Below, piece by piece: positions 11,351-19,118 of a stretch of 26,457 nucleotides of DNA (within the stretch, counting starts at the first letter, position 1; each line of letters starts with the position of its first letter). The DNA lies in NCBI GenBank assembly GCA_963816395.1, contig CAWFKQ010000011.1, positions 1-26,457 on the forward strand, read 5' to 3'. A program made the position numbers and the translations under genes. Origin of the DNA: an uncultured delta proteobacterium (GTDB lineage Bacteria; Desulfobacterota; Desulfuromonadia; Desulfuromonadales; JACZKF01). The notes beneath the pieces were generated by a model. The model was not told where the DNA came from and did no database searches. It saw only the letters and a program-made list of their open reading frames with translations.

Positions 11351-12859
11351 TCAGACCTCTTCCACCTCCGGATCTTTGCCGCCGGCTGCCAGACTTTTCC
11401 AGAGTCGCAGCCCCACCGGCCACAAAATCATCAGGAGCCCCGCCAGAAGAAGCCCCAGGCAAATGCGGCTCTGCAGAAAGATCATCCAGCTCCCCTGCGA
11501 GATCGTCAGGGACCGCCGCAGCTCCTGCTCCGCCATGCCGCCGAGAACGAGGCCGAGGATGACCGGGGCCAGGGGGAATTTGAACATCTCAAGCACATAG
11601 CCGACCACCCCGAAAGCCAGGGTCATCCACACATCCAGCATGTTGTTGCGGATCGCATAGGAGCCGATGATGCATAGAAGCAGGATAAGAGTCCCCAATA
11701 TCGAATACGGCACCCGAATGATGTTGGCGAATACCTTGATGAAGGGTTTCGCTAGGAACAGGATCAGGAAGTTGGAAAAGAACAGACCGAGAAACAAGGT
11801 GTTCACGAAAAGCGGCTGGGTTGCAAAGAGCATCGGGCCCGGCTTCAGGCCATGCAGTACGAAGGCTCCGAGCATGACCGCCGTCGTGGCGCTGCCGGGA
11901 ATGCCCAGGGCCAGCAGGGGAACCATGGCCCCGTTGGCCGCCGCATTGTTGGCCGCCTCGGGAGCCGCCACGCCTTCCTCGATGCCGGTGCCGAAATCCT
12001 GGGGACGTTTCGACCAACGCACGGCCTCGGTATAGCTGACCATGGAGGCGGTGGTAGCGCCGATCCCGGGAAGAATGCCGATAAAAGTACCGATCAGAGA
12101 CGAACGCAGGATGGTTACCGAGAGACGGCGGATCATTTTTACTCCCGGCAGGGAGGAACTCACCTTGCCGGAGAAATGGAAGGTCTTGAGATCCTCCTGG
12201 AAACGGCGCAGGACCTCGGAGATGGCGAAAAGCCCGATGAGGACGGGGATGAAATCGATGCCGCTGAGGAGCGACGGGATACCGAAAGTGAACCGGGCAA
12301 CTCCCGTCATGGGATCGATGCCGACCGTCGCCAGGAAAAGGCCGAAGAGTCCGGCCAATACAGCCTTGATCAAATTGTTGGCGCCCAGCACCATGATGAC
12401 GCTCAAGCCGACGATGGCCAGCGCAAAGTACTCGGGGGAGCCGAACTTGAGGGCGAGTTTGGCGAGCTGGGGTGCCACCAGAATGAGGGTCAGGGTGCCG
12501 AACAGCCCGCCGACGGCCGAACTGAAGACGGAGATCCCCAGGGCCTCGGTGGCCTTGCCTTGTTTGGTCATCGCATAGCCGTCAAGGGTTGTCATCACCG
12601 CTTCCGGCGCCCCCGGTGTGCGGAACAGGATGGCGCTGATCGAACCGGAAAAGACGGAGGCGCAGTAGACCGAGGAGAGAAGGAGAAAGGAGGTGTCCAC
12701 GGGCATGGAATACGTAAGCGGGATCAGCAGTACCACTGCCATCAGGCCGCTGATTCCCGGCACGGCGCCGGTGAGCATGCCGAAGAGGATGCCGCCCAGC
12801 AGCGCCAGGATGTTGCCCGGATGTCCAATATTTGCCATCGCTTCGAGGATGTGTGCCAC
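11351..12859 (-). CDS. tctA: Tripartite tricarboxylate transporter large permease TctA
   Basis: GAVPGISG, RTPGAPEAVMTTLDGY, APEAANNAA, LGIPGSATTAVML..HGLKPGP; 502 aa hydrophobic; RBS AAGGAG. Confidence 0.93.
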   Translation of the reverse strand: MAHILEAMANIGHPGNILALLGGILFGMLTGAVPGISGLMAVVLLIPLTYSMPVDTSFLLLSSVYCASVFSGSISAILFRTPGAPEAVMTTLDGYAMTKQGKATEALGISVFSSAVGGLFGTLTLILVAPQLAKLALKFGSPEYFALAIVGLSVIMVLGANNLIKAVLAGLFGLFLATVGIDPMTGVARFTFGIPSLLSGIDFIPVLIGLFAISEVLRRFQEDLKTFHFSGKVSSSLPGVKMIRRLSVTILRSSLIGTFIGILPGIGATTASMVSYTEAVRWSKRPQDFGTGIEEGVAAPEAANNAAANGAMVPLLALGIPGSATTAVMLGAFVLHGLKPGPMLFATQPLFVNTLFLGLFFSNFLILFLAKPFIKVFANIIRVPYSILGTLILLLCIIGSYAIRNNMLDVWMTLAFGVVGYVLEMFKFPLAPVILGLVLGGMAEQELRRSLTISQGSWMIFLQSRICLGLLLAGLLMILWPVGLRLWKSLAAGGKDPEVEEV

Positions 12860-12877
12860 TGCAGTTTCTCCTTACCC

Positions 12878-13366
12878 CTAAAAGAACCAGAGACTGATCG
12901 TGTGGAACACTCCCTCCCCGCGCGGCAGCGGCACCGACATGAGCCTGGCAAAAAGAATGATCAACAAGAGGGATATGCCTGCCGACAACAAGGGAAGCTT
13001 TACTTTTCCGCGGATTCCGACGACCCGGAGCATCGCCAGGAGAAAACCCAGGGTTGCCAGGGGAAAGCCGATGTGCGGCAGCACCAGGGTGTAAAGAAGG
13101 ATCAGCCCGAGGGTCGCCCAGAAGAGGTTCGGGTGTGCCCTGCCGTTGGCTTCCTCCCGCCGGGCCGGTTTCGACCCCTGCCGGCGGAGCAGAGTCCTGG
13201 CGAGCGAAAGAAGGGCCAGCAGGATCATCCCGACCAGCAGAATCCTCGGCCAATAGGCGGGGCCGATGGTGGCGAGCCCCCCCACATCGCGATAGCCGAA
13301 AGTGCTGATCAGCATACCGGCGGAGAAAACCAGCCAGGCCGCCCCCATTACCAGTTCCTTGACCAT
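12878..13366 (-). CDS. tctB: TTT small membrane subunit TctB
   Basis: 162 aa, about 4-5 TM, GPAYWPR and VPLPRG motifs, between tctC and tctA. Confidence 0.88.
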   Translation of the reverse strand: MVKELVMGAAWLVFSAGMLISTFGYRDVGGLATIGPAYWPRILLVGMILLALLSLARTLLRRQGSKPARREEANGRAHPNLFWATLGLILLYTLVLPHIGFPLATLGFLLAMLRVVGIRGKVKLPLLSAGISLLLIILFARLMSVPLPRGEGVFHTISLWFF

Positions 13367-13378
13367 GGGACCTCCTCG

Positions 13379-13417
13379 AGGGCCGGGGAGGAAAGTCGGC
13401 TCTTCCTTCCCGGCCCT
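13379..13417 (-). promoter_or_regulatory. Intercistronic stem-loop between tctC and tctB
   Basis: AGGGCCGGG-G-AGGAA ... TTCCT-T-CCCGGCCCT inverted repeat, no U-tail on the coding strand, abuts tctB RBS. Confidence 0.6.
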
Positions 13418-13441
13418 TTCGACCTCATTTTTCTCAGCCTA

Positions 13442-14410
13442 CTAAATCTGGCCCGACATTTTCAGTGCTTTTTTGTATACGCCCACGGTCCTGTCGATGA
13501 GGGCTCTGAATTCATCGGCATCCATGTAGCCGGGGCGCAGGTTGAGGTATTTATCCGCTTCGAACTTCTTGTAACCCGGGTCGTCCTTGGCTTTGGCAAA
13601 GGCGGCACGCAGCTTATCCACGACGGGCTTCGGGGTGCCGGCCGCCACCATGACGCCGCGCCAGTTGCCCAGGGTGATGTCCCACCCCTTGTCTACCGAG
13701 AGGGCGACGTTGGGCATCGAGGGGATCTGGGTTTCGCTGAAGGCCATCAGGGGGCGCAACTGGCCGTTTTCGACCAGGCCGGCGACCGGCCCCAGTTCTT
13801 CAAACATGGCGTCGATGTGCCCACCCAGCAGGGCTGAATGCATGGCGCCGGCCTTCTCATAGGGGATATAGTTCACCTTGATGCCGGCGGCGTCCTCCCA
13901 CAAGGAAATGACCACCTGATCGAAACTGGCGGCGCCAGCCCCCGCCACCTTGAGCTGGGTCGGATTCTTCTTGGCGTAAGTGACCAGGTCGTCGATTGTC
14001 TTGAAGTTGGAATCGCCCCGCACCTGGATCATGGCCGTGTCATGCTGGATCCGCGCAATCGGGATGTATTCGGAGAGTTGATGCGGTGTCCGCCCCAGAG
14101 CCAGGTTGACGGCATAATTCGAGCCCATGCACCAGAGGGTGTAACCGTCCGCGGGTTGCCGGGATACGTAGTCCCCGGCAATCGCCCCGGAGGCGCCTTG
14201 CATGTTCTTGACCGGCATCGCCTGTCCCAGGATCCCGGAAGCGTACTGGGTGATCGCCCGGGCAAAGGTATCCGTGCCGCCGCCGGCCCCCCAGCCGACA
14301 ATGACCTCGATGGGGCGCGTCGGGTAGTCGCTCGCCGCCACAAGGGCGCCGGGCAGGCAGAATGCCAGCAGGGTTCCTAGAATCACCCCTTTTTGCCTGA
14401 ACTTCTTCAT
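13442..14410 (-). CDS. tctC: TTT periplasmic substrate-binding protein TctC (Bug family)
   Basis: Signal peptide; YPTRPIEVIVGWGAGGGTD, NMQGASGAI, IPYEKAG..ALLGGHID, NWRGV; RBS AAGGAGG. Confidence 0.93.
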   Translation of the reverse strand: MKKFRQKGVILGTLLAFCLPGALVAASDYPTRPIEVIVGWGAGGGTDTFARAITQYASGILGQAMPVKNMQGASGAIAGDYVSRQPADGYTLWCMGSNYAVNLALGRTPHQLSEYIPIARIQHDTAMIQVRGDSNFKTIDDLVTYAKKNPTQLKVAGAGAASFDQVVISLWEDAAGIKVNYIPYEKAGAMHSALLGGHIDAMFEELGPVAGLVENGQLRPLMAFSETQIPSMPNVALSVDKGWDITLGNWRGVMVAAGTPKPVVDKLRAAFAKAKDDPGYKKFEADKYLNLRPGYMDADEFRALIDRTVGVYKKALKMSGQI

Positions 14411-14526
14411 GGTTCACTCCTCCTTGGGTGGTGGTTAAATCGACCGTTTCCAGCTCCCTGGTGGCGGTGGTGATAGCAAGAGTCACTGAGGGTCTTCTGT
14501 CTGGTTATTGACAAGTCCGTTCCTGT

Positions 14527-14646
14527 GGCTGAGCAAAAATGCCCAGATGCAAGGCGCCTGAAATCCTGAGGAATAAGGCGTACCCGGAGGGTACGTCGTT
14601 GACGAAGGATGAGGGCAACGCCGCAGATGAGTGTTTTTCATCAGCC
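14527..14646. mobile_element. 120-bp MITE/REP-like element with terminal inverted repeats
   Basis: GGCTGAGCAAAAATGCCC ... GAGTGTTTTTCATCAGCC imperfect TIRs; central hairpin GGCGTACCC-GGA-GGGTACGTC 14577-14597. Confidence 0.65.
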
Positions 14647-14649
14647 AGA

Positions 14650-15330
14650 TTATTCTCCCGTTTTGCCCTTGTTCAGAATGCGCATGGCCCGGGTCGTATT
14701 GAAGACGCCGCACACGCAGAACTTGGCCATGCAGCAGGCCGCCTCCGGCGGCTCCATCCTCCCTTCGCGCACCCGGTCGAGCATCTTTTTCGCGAAATTG
14801 GCCGAAACCATGCCGTGCCCGCACATGGTGGAGAGGGAAAGGACTTCGCGGTCCGGGAGCCGGCTCGTATCTCCTTGGAACTCCAGGGAATATTCCACCG
14901 CGTGGGGCGTGATGTCGACCGCTCCCAGCACTTCGCGGACATCATCGATCAGCGCACTCACGTTGATGGAAAGTCCGAGCTCAAGTCCCTTCACTTCCTG
15001 GAGAAATGCGCTCATGGCCGCGCGGCTGTCGAAGACCGCGGCGGCCGAACCGGCGGCGGGCATTTCATCGATCAACTTCTCGAAAGTGGTCTTCGGCTGG
15101 CGACCGAGAAAATACAGCTTGAAAAAACTGAGGTTTTTCTCCGGTCGGTAGAGGGAATTGATGAGAGCATTGCCCATGTTGATCGGCTGGTATTTGGCGG
15201 CCGTGCGCAGAAAGATTCGGGCCTTTTCCAGCGATCCCTCATCGTTGTACCCCTTGGCGGCCATGGCAAATACGATGTAGTCGTCACGCAGGGTCTCCGG
15301 TTTGCCAAAACGGTGCAGAGTGTTCGTCAT
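14650..15330 (-). CDS. Uncharacterised Cys/His-motif protein (putative metalloprotein)
   Basis: MTNTLHR start, TMCGHGMVS and CCMAKFCVCGVFN motifs; ATGA overlap with upstream 4Fe-4S gene. Confidence 0.8.
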   Translation of the reverse strand: MTNTLHRFGKPETLRDDYIVFAMAAKGYNDEGSLEKARIFLRTAAKYQPINMGNALINSLYRPEKNLSFFKLYFLGRQPKTTFEKLIDEMPAAGSAAAVFDSRAAMSAFLQEVKGLELGLSINVSALIDDVREVLGAVDITPHAVEYSLEFQGDTSRLPDREVLSLSTMCGHGMVSANFAKKMLDRVREGRMEPPEAACCMAKFCVCGVFNTTRAMRILNKGKTGE

Positions 15331-16151
15331 CGGGTCATCTCCTTGACGACGGCCGAGTTGGATGCCCGGCCCAGCCCCAGGTTCACTTTCGCCCGCCAGG
15401 CGCCATACCCCGCCAGCATGAGCGTGTCCCTGAGCGGATCATCCCCTTTCGAGCCGCAGACGGTCGACACCCCAACGCTGACCACCGTATCGAGGGTGGC
15501 TGATATCGTCTGGATTTCCCGCAGCAGGCGCGGGACCTCCCCGAGAGGGGTTTTGAACTCCACGATGCAGGAAAGGACCTTCTCTCCCAGGAGGTCCTCG
15601 CGAATGGTTCCCGAGGTCGCATCAGTCATGAGGCTGGTGACCGGATTGCCCTTTTCGAAAGAAACGCCCGCTCCCGCCAGCCCCCGGGTAGCCTTCTGCA
15701 CCTCCCGGAAATAGACGCCGATCCCCGGCCGCCCAAATTCGACAACGAATCCCGCTTCTCCCCTGTTGATTCGATGACTGACATCATTGGTCTTGACCTC
15801 TTCGGTGCCCCGGCCATGCACCCCGGTAGATTCGTGGGTCACCATCGGATCGCTGAAGGCGCGACGGACGATGCGTGGCCAGGAGAGTTCATCGGGGACG
15901 AAGGCTTCGGTGGGACAGATGTCCGGATCGGGCTGGAACCGCAGACTGATCTTCTTGAGCATCCGCCGGCCGGAGCGTATCAATCGGACAGGCAAATGTT
16001 CGTAGCTCAGACTCCGATGGCAATTGTGGCATTCCACGCAGGTATCGGTATTGATCTCCGCCAGTCCGTCCACGCCGATGTAAATGGCGCCCATCGGACA
16101 GAAAGGCACGCAATTGGCACAACCTACACATCTTTCCTTCAAAATCTGCAT
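15327..16151 (-). CDS. 4Fe-4S dicluster-domain protein with uncharacterised C-terminal domain
   Basis: CVGCANCVPFCP and CVECHNC-x34-CP; GRGTEEVKTNDV, EFGRPG motifs; RBS AAAGGA before ATG 16151. Confidence 0.85.
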   Translation of the reverse strand: MQILKERCVGCANCVPFCPMGAIYIGVDGLAEINTDTCVECHNCHRSLSYEHLPVRLIRSGRRMLKKISLRFQPDPDICPTEAFVPDELSWPRIVRRAFSDPMVTHESTGVHGRGTEEVKTNDVSHRINRGEAGFVVEFGRPGIGVYFREVQKATRGLAGAGVSFEKGNPVTSLMTDATSGTIREDLLGEKVLSCIVEFKTPLGEVPRLLREIQTISATLDTVVSVGVSTVCGSKGDDPLRDTLMLAGYGAWRAKVNLGLGRASNSAVVKEMTR

Positions 16152-16159
16152 ATACAATA

Positions 16160-16410
16160 GTTCCTTTCTTATAATAATTAATTACTTGATTCAAAATTTC
16201 ACAAAAGTATGCTTTAAACCAACTCGACGATATATTTTTACATATTTGCTGTTCTACAATCAGAAATCTGGAAACCACTAAACAGCTTAAATAGAAAAAG
16301 AGCAATTTTATTTTTTTATTTCAAATATATTTTGTTTGTTTCTTTTGTTTCTTTTATTTATTCTTATATTTTTTTTATTTTTCTTTCGCCTAAACTTTGA
16401 AACATTTAGA
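16160..16410. promoter_or_regulatory. Very AT-rich divergent promoter region
   Basis: Long A/T tracts in an otherwise GC-rich window, between divergent Fe-S/tct operon and dehydrogenase. Confidence 0.7.
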
Positions 16411-16490
16411 TTCAAGCCGGACGGGCCAGAAAGTGCACAGTGGGGGAATTTATTTCCGGACAAGCCCTGCTATTCAGAGGAGAGTCGATC

Positions 16491-17471
16491 ATGATAACGA
16501 AAGCTGCATTGCTGCGGGGTCCATTCGACATTGACTTGGTGGAGCGCGAACTTGTCTGCGGTGACGACGAAGTCATCGTCAAAAATCATCTGGTCGGCAT
16601 TTGCGGGACGGACAAGAATTTCTACCGCGGCATCCTGCCGGAAAAGACCGCTGAATTCAGGCAGGATCCAGCCTTCCCCTTTGCCCTGGGTCACGAAAGC
16701 GGCGGAACGGTTGTCGAGACCGGTGCCAAGGTGAAGGACTTCAGTGTGGGCGACCAGGTGATCTGCTTTGGCTGGAACAATAATTTCGCTGACTACTTCC
16801 TGGCCAGGGAGTTCCAGCTGCAGCCCGTTCCCGAGGGGCTCAACATGGATCTGGCGGCGTTGGGAGAGCCCATCTCCTGCGCCATGTATTCGGGCATGAA
16901 TTCGGGGGTGCAGCTTGGCGACGTAGTCGTGGTCATGGGTGGTGGGTTCGCCGGACAGATCATTGCCCAGTGCGCCAGACTGAAGGGGGCCTACAAGGTC
17001 GTCGTGGCAGATGTGCTGGACGGCAAGCTGGAGTTGGCGAGACAGCTGGGCGCCGACGTCACGGCCAACCTGAAACGGGACAATCTCATGGACCTAGTGA
17101 TGGACCTCACGGGTGGCCAGGGCGCCGACGTCGTCGTGGAAGCCGCGGGCACCGAGAGTTCCTTCAATACGGCGTCGGCGATCATCCGGCACAACGGCAA
17201 GTTCGTTTTTTACAGCTGGGTGACGCAGCCCGTGACCCTCAATCTCAGCCGCTGGCACGACGACGGGCTGGAGTTCATCAATACCTGTCTGGTGCATCAC
17301 ACCTGGCGTGAACGGTATGTGTGGACACCCGCGACCTTGCGACCGATCATCCAGGGACAGGTCCAGGTCAAGCCGCTGATAACAAACGAGTTCGCGCTGG
17401 CGGACATCAAGGCCGGCTTTGCACTCGCCGACAAGGACGACAGCGCCATCAAGATCGTTTTTCGCACCTGA
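16491..17471 (+). CDS. Zn-dependent medium-chain dehydrogenase (sorbitol/threonine DH-like), lacking the structural Zn lobe
   Basis: RBS GAGGAG; GICGTD, GHE, EPISC, GGGFAG Rossmann motif, VVVAD (NAD-type Asp); no CxxCxxCx7C. Confidence 0.88.
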   Translation: MITKAALLRGPFDIDLVERELVCGDDEVIVKNHLVGICGTDKNFYRGILPEKTAEFRQDPAFPFALGHESGGTVVETGAKVKDFSVGDQVICFGWNNNFADYFLAREFQLQPVPEGLNMDLAALGEPISCAMYSGMNSGVQLGDVVVVMGGGFAGQIIAQCARLKGAYKVVVADVLDGKLELARQLGADVTANLKRDNLMDLVMDLTGGQGADVVVEAAGTESSFNTASAIIRHNGKFVFYSWVTQPVTLNLSRWHDDGLEFINTCLVHHTWRERYVWTPATLRPIIQGQVQVKPLITNEFALADIKAGFALADKDDSAIKIVFRT

Positions 17472-17486
17472 CCGGCGGGGATATCG

Positions 17487-18830
17487 TCAGAACTGCCCTG
17501 ACACGTGCAGGACGATTTCGTGGCCGCCGTAATCGCCCTCACGGATCGCGGCGAAGTTGTAGTTGTAGTCGAGCTGCAGCCGGGTTTCGAAGAAGAAGCC
17601 GGTGGTCACCCGCGCGCCGAGGGCGGTGAAGACGTCGTCCTGCCGGTAAAGGTCGCCGTCGTTCCCCCGCAGGCGGTCGAGCCAGCCGACCGAGCCGACC
17701 AGACTCAGGTAGGTGAAAAAGATCGGTTCATAGCGGTATTCGCCGACCGCCACCGCGTAGTGGTCCGGATAGAACTCCTGGATGACGGTTCCAGGCAGGA
17801 CCGGCCGCCAGGTAGAACCATATTCCTCCCCCATGGGGCGCGGCCCGCCGCCGATGCGGGGGGCGGTGAAGCGGTCGAGGTGGTGGCCGGTGCCGCCGTG
17901 CAGGGAGCCGACCAGCCGGTGGCGCTCGCTGGCCACTCCCGGCACCCCGCCGGCCGCCAGGGCATAGGCGCTGAAGGAGAGATAGTCGCGCCCGTCGCCG
18001 GCCTCTTTGCTGCCGTTCACCCCCCAGTCCTGCCAGTCGGGCCGATATCCCCCGATCAGATCGCCGCCGGCGGCAAAACCCCGGTGCGGCAGTTCGAGCA
18101 GGTTGCGTTCGAAGGCATCCCAGCGCACCTGCAGGTGGCCGCGCAGGTCGAAGGTATTGTGGGGGACGACGAAATCGTCGGCGGTCTTGTTGCCGTTATC
18201 GAAGAACATGTAACCCGGCTCGAGCAGCAGATCGATCGCCAGCATGTTGTCCTGATGTCCGGGCGCCACCTGCCGCCGGTAGCCCAGGCCGAATCCAGGC
18301 CGCACATACCCCCAGAGCAGTTCCTGGCGGTCCAGGGCCTCGCCGTCCACCAGTTCGGACTGGGCGACCGGGACGGTGAAGTTGTTGAAGGTGAGCACCC
18401 ATTCGAGCGGACCGTCGCCCTGGGCGCGGGAGAAGAAGATGTCGTTGTAGACCACGGCCACCTCGGCCCGCAGCAGCCGTTGGGCATCGGGATGGCGCCA
18501 GAAGTAGAGGGCACCGACCGGGAGGTACTGCGAATGTTCGGGCGGCGGTTCGTTTACCACCACCCCCAGATCCCAGGCGGAGACGGAGCGCCGGTTCTGC
18601 GGCGGCACGCTGACCTCCCGGCCGAAGACCACGGTGCGGAATCCCTCGCCGGCCCGCGGTGTATGGTAGGGCGTGCCCGGCGGCTGCAGCAGCGGCAGTT
18701 GACCCTCTCCTGGACCGGCGGGCACCGCCGCCCCGGCGACCCGGGTGGCCGACACACCGGAGAGAATGAGGAAAGTTAACAGTCCCACCAGCACCAGCGA
18801 TTCTCGCAGATACCGTTTCGGATCGGTCAT
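17487..18830 (-). CDS. Putative outer-membrane beta-barrel protein
   Basis: N-terminal signal peptide, alternating aromatic/hydrophobic strands, C-terminal IVLHVSGQF with terminal Phe. Confidence 0.7.
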   Translation of the reverse strand: MTDPKRYLRESLVLVGLLTFLILSGVSATRVAGAAVPAGPGEGQLPLLQPPGTPYHTPRAGEGFRTVVFGREVSVPPQNRRSVSAWDLGVVVNEPPPEHSQYLPVGALYFWRHPDAQRLLRAEVAVVYNDIFFSRAQGDGPLEWVLTFNNFTVPVAQSELVDGEALDRQELLWGYVRPGFGLGYRRQVAPGHQDNMLAIDLLLEPGYMFFDNGNKTADDFVVPHNTFDLRGHLQVRWDAFERNLLELPHRGFAAGGDLIGGYRPDWQDWGVNGSKEAGDGRDYLSFSAYALAAGGVPGVASERHRLVGSLHGGTGHHLDRFTAPRIGGGPRPMGEEYGSTWRPVLPGTVIQEFYPDHYAVAVGEYRYEPIFFTYLSLVGSVGWLDRLRGNDGDLYRQDDVFTALGARVTTGFFFETRLQLDYNYNFAAIREGDYGGHEIVLHVSGQF

Positions 18831-19045
18831 GAAGGATTCTCCCGGGAGATTTTTCCGGAAAACGTTTACATTAACCGCATTTTACCTTTCCGGCCGCGGT
18901 TTGCCACCGCTGCTGCGCGATTTTCTCCCGCCGCCGCGTTCCTGCCTGCTGAATTTTCCGGCGGCGGTGCCTACAATTTCATCTCGAACAACCTCTCGGC
19001 CCTACCCTCCTTGTCTAACCGGTTGAATATTCTGAACCCTTTTTC

Positions 19046-19061
19046 CGGCACGGGTGTTGAA
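19046..19061 (+). promoter_or_regulatory. Sigma54-like promoter of amt (GG-N10-GA variant)
   Basis: CGGCACGGGTGTTGAA vs consensus YTGGCACG-N4-TTGCW; upstream of a nitrogen-uptake gene. Confidence 0.5.
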
Positions 19062-19073
19062 GGAGACGAATCA

Positions 19074-19115
19074 GTCGGGTCAATGGCGTTCCGGCTATGA
19101 TGACGAGGAGGTCAT
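19074..19115 (+). promoter_or_regulatory. Dual hexaloop hairpin, ANTAR-target-like leader
   Basis: GTCGGGTC-AATGGC-GTTCCGGC then ATGAC-GAGGAG-GTCAT; both loops 6 nt with G at position 4; second loop is the RBS. Confidence 0.5.
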
Positions 19116-19118
19116 AAG

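Noticed and set aside
11852..13837. 661-aa plus-strand ORF
   Set aside because: Antisense to tctA/B/C with no motifs
14539..15714. 391-aa plus-strand ORF
   Set aside because: Starts inside the MITE-like repeat and is antisense to the Fe-S pair
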